Positions 46,819 to 55,222 of a stretch of 64,000 bases of DNA are shown here, in pieces (position 1 is the first letter of the stretch; each line of letters opens with the position of its first letter). The notes under the pieces were generated by a model that saw only the letters and a program-made list of their open reading frames with translations, was not told the origin of the DNA and did no database searches. Both the position numbers and the translations under genes were made by a program. Origin of the DNA: Dehalococcoidia bacterium (GTDB lineage Bacteria; Chloroflexota; Dehalococcoidia; UBA2979); assembly GCA_964291495.2 (NCBI GenBank), contig OZ219872.1, positions 512,001-576,000 of the forward strand, read 5' to 3'.

Positions 46819-47998
46819 GGGTGCAGATGAAGCTCGCCCCCATCGCGAACGGCCCGACCTCGCAGAGCGCGACCTCGGCGCCGGCGATCTGGCGAGGACC
46901 GGCGGTGCCCATCATCTGGCGGGCGGTCTCCGCGACGTGGGCCATGCCGTGCAGGCGCCCCTCGCCGAGGTTGCCGCCGGACGTGTTGAAGGGCTGCTCC
47001 CCGTCCAGAGCGAGGCGCTCGGCGGTCGCCCAGGCGGGGGCCTCGCCCTCGCCGCAGAAGCGGAAGGTCTCCATCCGCGTCCACATCATCGGGCTGAAGC
47101 CGTCGTAGAGGTGCAGCACGTCGACGTCCTCGGGGCCCAGGCCGGCGCTGCGATAGAGGTTCTCCGCGTGGAGCCCGTCCATCTCGTAGAGGTCCTCGAG
47201 CGACTCGATGATCCCGCCCCGCTCAAGGTTGTGCGGCGTCATGGCGTACCCGGCGATGTAGCCGCCGGGGTGGGGCGTGCCGCGTGCGCGGTCCTCGGTG
47301 GTCATGATCACGGCGCCGGCGCCGTCGACGGGCATGTCGTAATCGAAGAGGCTCATCGGCCAGGAGATGATGCGGGCGTTGAGGTAGTCGTCGCGCGTGA
47401 TCTCGCGCCCGTACCAGGCGGCGTTGTCGTTGAGCTGGGCGTTCTTGTGGGCGTTGAGCACGGCGTCGGCGAGCGCCTCGCGAGGCGCGCCGTACTTCTC
47501 GAGGTAGCGCTGGAAGTGGAGCGCCTGGCGCGGCCCGCCGCCGCCGTGGCCGTAGGGGACGGTGAACTGGTTCTCGCCCCCCGCCGCCGTCGCCGGATTG
47601 TCGTGATAACGCACACCGGCCGGGTGGTGCAGTGCGCGGTAGACGAGGGCGTAGTCGCAGGCCCCGGTGGCGAGCGCGTTCGCGGCCTCGATCACGCTCG
47701 CGGCGATCATCGACCAGTTCGACTGGTTGAACCAGCGCACGTTTGGGAGGCCGAGCATCCGCATCATGTAGGTCGCGGGGATCACGTCGTGGCCGACGAT
47801 CCCGCGGTTGACCCCCAGCGGGTTCGGGTAGGCGGCGATACCGTCGATCTGCGACAGCTCGATGCCGGCGTCCGCCACCGCGTTCGTCACCGCCTCGTAC
47901 GAGATGCTGCCGAGCGAACGAGGCGCATAGCGGTGGCAGGGGCTGTAGCCGACGCCGATGAAGCACGGGCGCTTGCCGGGCGAGAAGTCGATCGCCAT
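46811..47998 (-). CDS. Thiolase-like (SCPx/Ltp-type) protein
   Basis: DGAGAVIM, LYDGFS and NTSGGNLGEGRLHG motifs. Confidence 0.87.
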   Translation of the reverse strand: MAIDFSPGKRPCFIGVGYSPCHRYAPRSLGSISYEAVTNAVADAGIELSQIDGIAAYPNPLGVNRGIVGHDVIPATYMMRMLGLPNVRWFNQSNWSMIAASVIEAANALATGACDYALVYRALHHPAGVRYHDNPATAAGGENQFTVPYGHGGGGPRQALHFQRYLEKYGAPREALADAVLNAHKNAQLNDNAAWYGREITRDDYLNARIISWPMSLFDYDMPVDGAGAVIMTTEDRARGTPHPGGYIAGYAMTPHNLERGGIIESLEDLYEMDGLHAENLYRSAGLGPEDVDVLHLYDGFSPMMWTRMETFRFCGEGEAPAWATAERLALDGEQPFNTSGGNLGEGRLHGMAHVAETARQMMGTAGPRQIAGAEVALCEVGPFAMGASFICTRE

Positions 47999-48002
47999 GG
48001 CG

Positions 48003-48467
48003 CTACCCCTGGCCTTCGCGCGCGGGACGGAACTGCGGGAACACGATCTCCTCGCTCGCCCGCTCGAAGACGACCTCGACGGGCATCCCGGCGGCGATCT
48101 CGGCGAAGTCGCAGTCGAGCAGGTTCGCGAGGACGAACAGGCCCGCCTGCTCCTCGAGCTCCACCATCACCACGGGGTACGGCGTCTTCTCGCCGAAGGC
48201 GCGGATGTCGGAGTCCTCGTGGATGTAGTAGCTGTAGACCGTGCCCCGTCCGCTCACGTCGGCGAACGCGAGCTCCGCATCCTCCTCGTGGCAGTTCGTG
48301 CAGAAGTAGACGGGCGGATGGTGGAAGCGCAGGCAGCCCCCGCACTGCTGGATCGCGAGCCCCTCGCGGCGGGCCGCATCCCAGTAGGGCTCGGTCAGCT
48401 CGTCGGGTGCCGGGAGCACGCCGTACGGCGCCATCGTCTCCTTCCGCCCGCTCGGCCTGCTCACCAT
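48003..48467 (-). CDS. DUF35 Zn-ribbon/OB-fold acyl-CoA-binding protein
   Basis: QQCGGC...FCTNC, SGRGTVYSY and GMPVEVVF motifs; adjacent to the thiolase-like gene. Confidence 0.88.
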   Translation of the reverse strand: MVSRPSGRKETMAPYGVLPAPDELTEPYWDAARREGLAIQQCGGCLRFHHPPVYFCTNCHEEDAELAFADVSGRGTVYSYYIHEDSDIRAFGEKTPYPVVMVELEEQAGLFVLANLLDCDFAEIAAGMPVEVVFERASEEIVFPQFRPAREGQG

Positions 48468-48560
48468 CGCTGCCCTCCGTTGCCCGCGCGGCGCACGATA
48501 CCGTCACCCGGTTGATTGCGCTCGCCGGGAGGCCACATCGAGGGCCGCAGGGCCGGGAGG

Positions 48561-49598
48561 CTAGCTCGCGACGACCTCGGAGAAGCCGGGGCCCTCGTCG
48601 CGCTCGATCTGCTCGAGGGTGCAGTCGGCCGGGTCCTTGTCGGGGCGGAAGCGCTCGAAGCGGGTGGCGTGGCGGAAGCGGCCGCCGCTGATCTGGTCGT
48701 AGCTGACCTGCACGACCACCTCGGGCCGTACAGGCGTCCACGAGGTGTCACGCCCGCCGCTCCAGCGGCTCTCCGCGCCGGGGCGGCGCACCCCCTCGCC
48801 GAAGCTGTCCTCGGCGGCCAGCGCCAAAAACTGCTCCAGCAGCGCGACCCGCTGCTCGTCCGGGAAGCCCGAGGTGTGGCCGACGAAGTGCAGCGCCCCG
48901 GCCTCGTCGTAGAGCCCGAGCAGCAGCGAGCCGAGGCGGTCGCCCTGCTTGTGCAGGCGGTAGCCGCCGACCACCGCGTCGACGCTGCGGCGGCGCTTGA
49001 TCTTCAGCATCTCGCGCTTGCCCTCGACGTAGTGCCCGTCGAGGCGCTTCGCGACGATGCCGTCGCAGCCGGCCGCCTCGAACTCCTCGAACCAGCGGCG
49101 CGCCGCCTCCACGTCCTCGGTCGAGGGCGTGAGCCGCCACCGCTCGCCGAGGCCGCCGAGCAGCACGGCGAGCCGCTCCCGCCGCTCGGCGAAGGGCTGC
49201 TCCCGCAGGTCCTCGCCCTCGTGGGCGAGCAGGTCGAAGGCGACGAGGCAGGCCGGCGTCTCCGCGGAGAGCCGCTCGATCCGCGAGGCCGCGGGGTGGA
49301 TGCGCTGCTGGAGCGCATCGAAGTCGCTCGCGTCGCCGATCACGACCAGCACCTCGGCGTCGACGACAGTACCGGAGGGCAGCGCCTCGAGGGCTGGCGC
49401 AAGCTCCGGGAAGTAGCGCAGCAACGGACGGCGGTTGCGGCTGTCGAGGCGCACCTCGTGCGACGCGCCGCCGGACCAGGCGAGTGCGCGGAAGCCGTCC
49501 CACTTGGGCTCGTAGGCCCAGCCGGGCGGCTCCGGCATGCGCTCGCGGACGCGCGCCTCCATTGGGCTGAGCGGCGGTTCGAAGGGCCATCCGGGCAT
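48561..49598 (-). CDS. ligC: ATP-dependent DNA ligase, LigC type
   Basis: YEPKWDGFR, AFDLL, DGIVAK and RFRHAT...RPDK motifs; TGcTACCGT 6 nt before the ATG. Confidence 0.92.
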   Translation of the reverse strand: MPGWPFEPPLSPMEARVRERMPEPPGWAYEPKWDGFRALAWSGGASHEVRLDSRNRRPLLRYFPELAPALEALPSGTVVDAEVLVVIGDASDFDALQQRIHPAASRIERLSAETPACLVAFDLLAHEGEDLREQPFAERRERLAVLLGGLGERWRLTPSTEDVEAARRWFEEFEAAGCDGIVAKRLDGHYVEGKREMLKIKRRRSVDAVVGGYRLHKQGDRLGSLLLGLYDEAGALHFVGHTSGFPDEQRVALLEQFLALAAEDSFGEGVRRPGAESRWSGGRDTSWTPVRPEVVVQVSYDQISGGRFRHATRFERFRPDKDPADCTLEQIERDEGPGFSEVVAS

Positions 49599-49761
49599 GG
49601 CGGGACGGTAGCACGAGCGGGGGCGCTTGACGGGCGGGCGGCGGCGACGTTCGGTTGTCGCGCACCCGATCGGGATGACTATGATTGATGCTGACCAGCG
49701 TAGGCGGGTTGCTGCCCGCAACCGCCTTCGTGCGCCGGTCGTAGCCTGAACGGGGATAGCG

Positions 49762-50064
49762 ATGCCTCGCGTGGTGTTCTCGCTGACCGTGGACAGTGAA
49801 GTCACGCAGGAGGGCGACGTCTACGTCTCGTACTGCCCCGCGCTGGATCTGTACAGCCAGGGGGACACGGAGGAAGAAGCGAGCACGAACCTGATTGAGG
49901 CGCTGCAACTCTTCGTCCAGTCGTGTTACGAGCGCGGCACGCTCGACGCGGTCATGAAGGAGCGCGGGTTCACCGTGGAACAGGACTCGCTCGCGACCGT
50001 TGAGGTGCGCCCTGATGGCGACTCGAGGCAATCGATCACTCTCCCCGTGGCCGTGCGCGCCTGA
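49762..50064 (+). CDS. hicB: HicB-like antitoxin
   Basis: YVSYCPALDLYSQGDTEEEASTNLIEAL motif. Confidence 0.85.
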   Translation: MPRVVFSLTVDSEVTQEGDVYVSYCPALDLYSQGDTEEEASTNLIEALQLFVQSCYERGTLDAVMKERGFTVEQDSLATVEVRPDGDSRQSITLPVAVRA

Positions 50065-50067
50065 CAC

Positions 50068-50294
50068 GTGCCCCGGATCACGCCCGTCCACTGGCGCGAC
50101 CTCGTGCGGGTCTTCGCAGCATGCGGATTCGCGGAACAGCGCACCACCGGATCGCACATCGTGATCACGCGGGAGGGCGTCGCCAGGCCCATCGTCATCC
50201 CGAAGCATCGATCGGTCGGCGTCTCGATCATCAGGAACAACATCCAACAGCGGGCTTGAGCCGTGAGCGGTACTTCGAGCTGCTCGACTCATAG
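50068..50294 (+). pseudogene. hicA: HicA toxin with an apparent 1-nt frameshift near 50245
   Basis: GF...TGSH...PIVIPKH; the frame stops at 50259, while the -1 frame continues TAGLSRERYFELLDS* to 50294. Confidence 0.7.
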
Positions 50295-50370
50295 CACGAC
50301 CGCAGGCGCTTGACGGGCGGGCGGCGGCCCTGTTGTATTGGAGTTGCAAGGAGCCGACGGGTTCCCGCGA

Positions 50371-50525
50371 CGCAGCCGAACCTCGTTCGCGGATGGACGG
50401 GGGCGGGGGAACCACCGCAATGGGGTGAATCCGGCGGCGGCGAGGCCCGGAGCGGTCTTGGACGCCCTCGGTAGGCGACCCGAGCGCCGAACCCGTCAGC
50501 TAACCCCGCAGGCGTACTTGGGGCG
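50371..50525 (+). ncRNA. c-di-AMP riboswitch (ydaO/yuaA class)
   Basis: GCCGAA...GGGGGAACC...TGGGGTGAATCC...GGTAGG...CCGAACCCGTCAGCTAACCCCGCAGGCG matches the recalled consensus; located in a 5' UTR. Confidence 0.88.
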
Positions 50526-50642
50526 GCCTCCACCGGCCTGCCCGGCGCAATGCGCGCTGGCGGCATCTCGGTCGTTCCGGCATCGCCAGGCAGCACGCCG
50601 TGCGGCGTCCCCGCCGCACGCGGAGCGATAGAGGAGGCCGCA

Positions 50643-52079
50643 ATGGCTATCGAGTCCCCAACCCAGCTGAGCGCTGTCCTGCCGGGCAACGGCGCCGCCG
50701 AGGCTGCGGCGATCCTCGAGGAACCGTACGAGGCGATCAACATCCGCAACTTCGAGAAGGTGCCCCAGATCCAGGGCATCTCCGAGGAGCTGCGCCAGGA
50801 CATCCGCGTCGTCGCCCAGGTGCTGCCGTTCAAGTCCAACCGCTACGTGATGGACCACCTGATCGACTGGGACCGCGTGCCCGAGGATCCGATGTTCCGG
50901 CTCACCTTCCCGCAGCGCGACATGCTCGACCCGGAGCACTACGACCAGATGGCCGCGCTGCTCGCGAGCGGCGCGGACAACGCCGAGGTACGGGCGGCCG
51001 CCAACGAGATCCGGCTGACGCTGAACCCGCACCCCGCCGGCCAGATGGAGCACAACGTGCCGATGCTCAACGGGAAGCCGTTGCAGGGCATGCAGCACAA
51101 GTACCGCGAGACGGTGCTGTTCTTCCCCAGCCAGGGGCAGACCTGCCACGCCTACTGCACGTTCTGCTTCCGCTGGCCGCAGTTCGTCGGCATGGAGGGC
51201 CTCAAGTTCGCGATGCGCGAGGGCGAGCTGCTGCGCGACTACGTCGAGGAGCATCCCGAGATCAGCGACATCCTCTTCACCGGCGGCGACCCGCTGATCA
51301 TGAAAACGCGCATCCTGCGTGGCTACATCGAGCCGCTGCTCGAGCCCGGCCGCGCCCCGAACATCTCAACAATTCGGATCGGCTCGAAGGCGCTCGCCTA
51401 CTGGCCGCACCGCCTGATCTCCGACGACGACGCCGAGGAGTTGCTGGAGCTGTTCCGCAAGGTGGTCGACTCCGGCCGCCAGCTGGCGATGATGTCGCAC
51501 TTCAACCACCCGGTGGAGGTCGAGGCGCCGCCCGCCCTCGAGGCGATCCGCGTGCTGCGCGAGACTGGCGCGCAGATCCGCACGCAGACGCCGCTGCTGC
51601 GGCACATCAACGACGACGCGGACGCGCTCGCCCGAATGTGGCGGCTGCAGGCGCAGACCGGCTGCATCCCCTACTACCTGTTCGTCGCGCGCGACACCGG
51701 GGCGAAGCGCTACTTCGAGCTGCCGCTCTGGCGCTGCTGGGAGATCTTCCGCGAGGCCTACTCGAAGGTCAGCGGCGTCGCCCGCACCGTGCGCGGGCCG
51801 AGCATGTCGGCCACGCCCGGCAAGGTGCAGGTGCTCGGCGTCACCGAGGCGGCGGGCGAGCGGGTGATGGTGCTGCGCATGCTGCAGGGCCGCAACCCGG
51901 ACTGGGTGGGCCGCCCCTTCTTCGCCAAGTACAGCGAGACCGCGAGCTGGCTCGACGAGCTCGAGCCGGCCTTCGGCGAGAGCGAGTTCTTCTACGACCG
52001 CGAGCTGAACGAGCTGCTCGTCGGCGGCGGCAGCCCGTGGTCCAAGGACGAGCTCGCGCTGCCCCTCGTCGGCGGCTAG
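50643..52079 (+). CDS. KamA-family radical SAM protein (lysine/glutamate 2,3-aminomutase-like)
   Basis: HKYRETVLFF, CHAYCTFCFR, FTGGDP, HFNHP and PYYLF motifs; GAGGAGG RBS. Confidence 0.9.
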   Translation: MAIESPTQLSAVLPGNGAAEAAAILEEPYEAINIRNFEKVPQIQGISEELRQDIRVVAQVLPFKSNRYVMDHLIDWDRVPEDPMFRLTFPQRDMLDPEHYDQMAALLASGADNAEVRAAANEIRLTLNPHPAGQMEHNVPMLNGKPLQGMQHKYRETVLFFPSQGQTCHAYCTFCFRWPQFVGMEGLKFAMREGELLRDYVEEHPEISDILFTGGDPLIMKTRILRGYIEPLLEPGRAPNISTIRIGSKALAYWPHRLISDDDAEELLELFRKVVDSGRQLAMMSHFNHPVEVEAPPALEAIRVLRETGAQIRTQTPLLRHINDDADALARMWRLQAQTGCIPYYLFVARDTGAKRYFELPLWRCWEIFREAYSKVSGVARTVRGPSMSATPGKVQVLGVTEAAGERVMVLRMLQGRNPDWVGRPFFAKYSETASWLDELEPAFGESEFFYDRELNELLVGGGSPWSKDELALPLVGG

Positions 52080-52140
52080 CGGCGAGGCCGGCGCCCGCGC
52101 AGGGCGAGGCCCGCTCGCTGTCAAGCAGGGGTAGTGCAAC

Positions 52141-52542
52141 GTGAGCCGGCGGCCGCCGCTGTTTCCGCCGCTGGCCCCACGGCGCGTGTTGCTCCGCTGG
52201 GTGGCCTTAGGAGTCGTGTCCCTCGGAGGCACGTTCGCGATCCTCGTCGCCACGTTGAAGACATGGCCCTGGTTCGTGGTGCTGGCTGCTGCCCTGGCCT
52301 ACCAGTCGGCGGTCGTGCGGCTCTACAAGTGGAAGTGGGACGATTGGCCGGAGCGGACCCGGGGTGAGTTGTTCCGCAACGGCGCGCTCCTGGCCCTGGT
52401 CGTCGCCGCCGGCGCCGTGGTGTTCTGGTTCACGCCGGGCGGGTTCGCGGCGAAGATCGCGGCCTACGGCGTCTACGCCGCGGTGCTCCTCGCCCTGATG
52501 CTCATTGCTCGACGGGTCACCGATTGGAAATGGCTCGACTAG
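52141..52542 (+). CDS. Four-TM membrane protein of unknown function
   Basis: Four hydrophobic segments. Confidence 0.65.
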   Translation: MSRRPPLFPPLAPRRVLLRWVALGVVSLGGTFAILVATLKTWPWFVVLAAALAYQSAVVRLYKWKWDDWPERTRGELFRNGALLALVVAAGAVVFWFTPGGFAAKIAAYGVYAAVLLALMLIARRVTDWKWLD

Positions 52543-52593
52543 CGGCGCGAGGATGACGAGTCATGGTCTCTCGTCAACGAATGTAGACAGGCC

Positions 52594-52977
52594 CTAGACG
52601 CGAGCGGCCCCTCCGGGGCCGCTGCCCTCGCCGAACTGCGTGACTGCCTCGGGCAGTTCAAGCTCGATTCCGGTTGAGCCCGAACCCGGACCCCGCGGCT
52701 CGTGCCGCTCGAAGCGGCCGATCGGGATTGCCGGCATCGTCGTGATGTGCGCGCCGGCGCGCACGCCCAGCTCCAGCGAGAAGTTCGCAATCGCCTCGTT
52801 GTCCGTGGCCTCGACGACGCTCACGAAGTCGTACTCGCCGAGCACGCCGTAGAGGCCCAGCGTCGCGACGCCCTCCGCCTGGATCTCGCCCTCGATACGC
52901 AGCAGGCGCTCGGGATCCTCCAGCGAGGCCGCTCGGCCCTCGGGCGTCATCGTCAGCAGCAGGAAGTACGTCGCCAT
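52594..52977 (-). CDS. GYD-domain protein
   Basis: MATYFLL...LGEYDFVSVVEA...TTMPA pattern. Confidence 0.85.
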   Translation of the reverse strand: MATYFLLLTMTPEGRAASLEDPERLLRIEGEIQAEGVATLGLYGVLGEYDFVSVVEATDNEAIANFSLELGVRAGAHITTMPAIPIGRFERHEPRGPGSGSTGIELELPEAVTQFGEGSGPGGAARV

Positions 52978-53099
52978 CGCCGTCTCCTCTTCGCCGGGCG
53001 CATTCTGACAGGTCGCGCGCCGCGCCGCGCGATGCCACCCCGCCCGGACCGAGGGCTCGGAGTATCATCGCGGCGGCGAGACACGGCGGGGAGGCGCGG

Positions 53100-54218
53100 A
53101 TGCGGTTCGGCGGCTTCAGCTTCGGCTCCTGGCACGAGAGCGAGAGCCACGGTGAGGTGCTCGCGCAGTTGGTCGAGCTCGCCGTGCAGTCCGACCGCCT
53201 CGGCCTCGACAGCTTCTGGCTCGGCGAGCACCACTTCTCGCGCCACGGCATCCTCGCCGACACGATGGTGATGGCCGCCCACATCGCCGCGCGGACGGAG
53301 CGCATCCGCATCGGCACGGCGGTGATCGTGCTGCCGCTGCACAACCCCGTACGCGTCGCCGAGCAGGTCGCGATCGTCGACCACCTCAGCGGCGGGCGCC
53401 TCGATGTCGGCGTGGGCATCGGCTACCAGCAGCGCGAGTTCGCCGGCCTCGGCGTCGAGATCGACGAGGCGCGCGCCCGCTTCGTCGAGAGCCTCGACGT
53501 GATGGTGCGCGCCTGGACCGAGGAGCCGCTGGTCTACGAGGGCGAACACGTTCATATCGCCGCCGAGGACGCGATCACGGTCTACCCGAAGCCGCTGCAG
53601 CAGCCACACCCGCCGATCTACCAGGCCGTCAGCACCACCCCGGCGAGCATCGACCTCGCGGCGAGCCGCGGGCTGCCCGTGATCGTCGGCGGCCCGACAG
53701 ACGTGCTCGGACGCGCGCCCGAGGTGATCGCGCACTGGCGCGAGCGGATGCGCGCGCACGGCCGCGACCCCGAGGGCCACGACCTGCCCTGCCTGCAGAA
53801 CGTCTTCGTCGCCGAGAGCGACGAGGCCGCCCACGCCGAGCTCGAGCGCGTCGACGCCTCGTGGAGCCTGCGCGTGCTGCGCGAGGTCGGATCGCCGATC
53901 GGGCGTGATGGCAAGGTGCCGGAGGGCTACGAGCACTGGGTGCGGCGCTGGCAGCAGAGTCAGCTCGCCAGCGGCGAGGCCGCGCGCACCGACGTCCCGC
54001 AGCTCTTCGGCTCGCCGGACACGGTCGCGAGCCAGGTCCAGGCGCTGCGCGATCAGGGCGTCGAGCACATCTTCGGGCGCTTCACGATTCCCGGCGTGCC
54101 CTTCGAGCGCGTCCAGCGCTCGCTCGAGCTGTTCGCAACGGAGGTCGCGCCGCGCTTCCGCGAGGGCCGGCCGGCGCCGCGGCCCGCCGCCGTCGAGGCC
54201 GCGGCGGCGCCCGGCTAG
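53100..54218 (+). CDS. LLM-class flavin-dependent oxidoreductase
   Basis: WLGEHHF, NPVRVAEQ and PKPLQQPHPP motifs. Confidence 0.92.
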   Translation: MRFGGFSFGSWHESESHGEVLAQLVELAVQSDRLGLDSFWLGEHHFSRHGILADTMVMAAHIAARTERIRIGTAVIVLPLHNPVRVAEQVAIVDHLSGGRLDVGVGIGYQQREFAGLGVEIDEARARFVESLDVMVRAWTEEPLVYEGEHVHIAAEDAITVYPKPLQQPHPPIYQAVSTTPASIDLAASRGLPVIVGGPTDVLGRAPEVIAHWRERMRAHGRDPEGHDLPCLQNVFVAESDEAAHAELERVDASWSLRVLREVGSPIGRDGKVPEGYEHWVRRWQQSQLASGEAARTDVPQLFGSPDTVASQVQALRDQGVEHIFGRFTIPGVPFERVQRSLELFATEVAPRFREGRPAPRPAAVEAAAAPG

Positions 54219-54246
54219 CAACATCCGGCCGGAGAGGGAGGCCCCG

Positions 54247-55212
54247 ATGCGTTACGTGGTCACGGGAGGCACGGGCTTCGTCGGCGCGTACGTCGTGCGC
54301 GACCTGCTGAAGGCGGGGCACGACGTCACCGTCTACGACCTCCAGCCCAACCTCGAGTTCCTCGAGGACGTGCTCGGCGAGCCGCCGCACGACGTGCGGG
54401 TCGTCTCCGGTGACGTGCGCGACCTGCCGCTGCTGCTGCGCACCTTCCGCGAGGCTCAGCCGGAGCGTGTCGTACACCTCGCCTCGACGCTCGGCGCGGG
54501 CAGCGAGTTCAACCCGCTGCGCACGGTACAGGTCAACATCGAGGGCACGATCCACGCCTTCGAGGCCGCGCTCGAGGTGGGCGCGGAGAAGGTGGTGTGG
54601 GCGAGCTCGATCGCCGTCTTCGGACCGACCAGCCTGCGCTCCGGGGAGGGCATCGCGAACGACGACTACCACGCCCCGGTGCGCCTCTACGGGGCCTGCA
54701 AGACCTTCCTCGAACAGCTCACCCTCAACTACAGGCGCGAGCGGCAGCTCGACGCGATCGGCCTGCGCTTCGCGGTCGTCTATGGCTACGGCAAGGCGCT
54801 GACCGTCGAGCGCGGCAGCCGCGCCGTGCACCTCACGGAGCTGATCGAGAAGCCCGCACTCGACGAGCCCGCCGTCGTCCCGTACGGCGACGACGTGCAG
54901 AACCTCGTCTACGTCGAGGATGTCGCGCGCGCGGTGGTGCTGGCGAGCCAGACGCTCGGCACGGAGCCGGCCGGGCTCACCGTCGGCGGCGAGGACGTGC
55001 TACTCCGCGACGCGGCGGCGATCGTGCAGGAGCTGCTGCCGGGCGCGGAGATCCAGGTGCAGCCCGGCATTCGCGACGGCTCGGCCGGCTACGACCTCTC
55101 GACGACAAGGGAGCAGATCGGATACGAGCCGGCGTTCTCGCTGCGCGAGGGCCTGCGCCGCACGATCAACGCGATGCGCCTCAAGGCCGGCCTCCCGCAG
55201 ATCGAGGGGTAG
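54247..55212 (+). CDS. NAD-dependent epimerase/dehydratase
   Basis: TGGTGFVG, HLAS and YGACK motifs. Confidence 0.9.
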   Translation: MRYVVTGGTGFVGAYVVRDLLKAGHDVTVYDLQPNLEFLEDVLGEPPHDVRVVSGDVRDLPLLLRTFREAQPERVVHLASTLGAGSEFNPLRTVQVNIEGTIHAFEAALEVGAEKVVWASSIAVFGPTSLRSGEGIANDDYHAPVRLYGACKTFLEQLTLNYRRERQLDAIGLRFAVVYGYGKALTVERGSRAVHLTELIEKPALDEPAVVPYGDDVQNLVYVEDVARAVVLASQTLGTEPAGLTVGGEDVLLRDAAAIVQELLPGAEIQVQPGIRDGSAGYDLSTTREQIGYEPAFSLREGLRRTINAMRLKAGLPQIEG

Positions 55213-55222
55213 ACACTTCCCA

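Larger units (their letters stand above)
49609..50328. mobile_element. hicBA cassette bounded by a 37-bp imperfect direct repeat (49609-49645 and 50292-50328)
   Basis: TAGCACGA.CG..GGCGCTTGACGGGCGGGCGGCGGC, 3 mismatches. Confidence 0.7.

Noticed and set aside
49676-49750. Short ORF/hairpin upstream of hicB
   Set aside because: No SD or other support; probably part of the cassette's promoter region.
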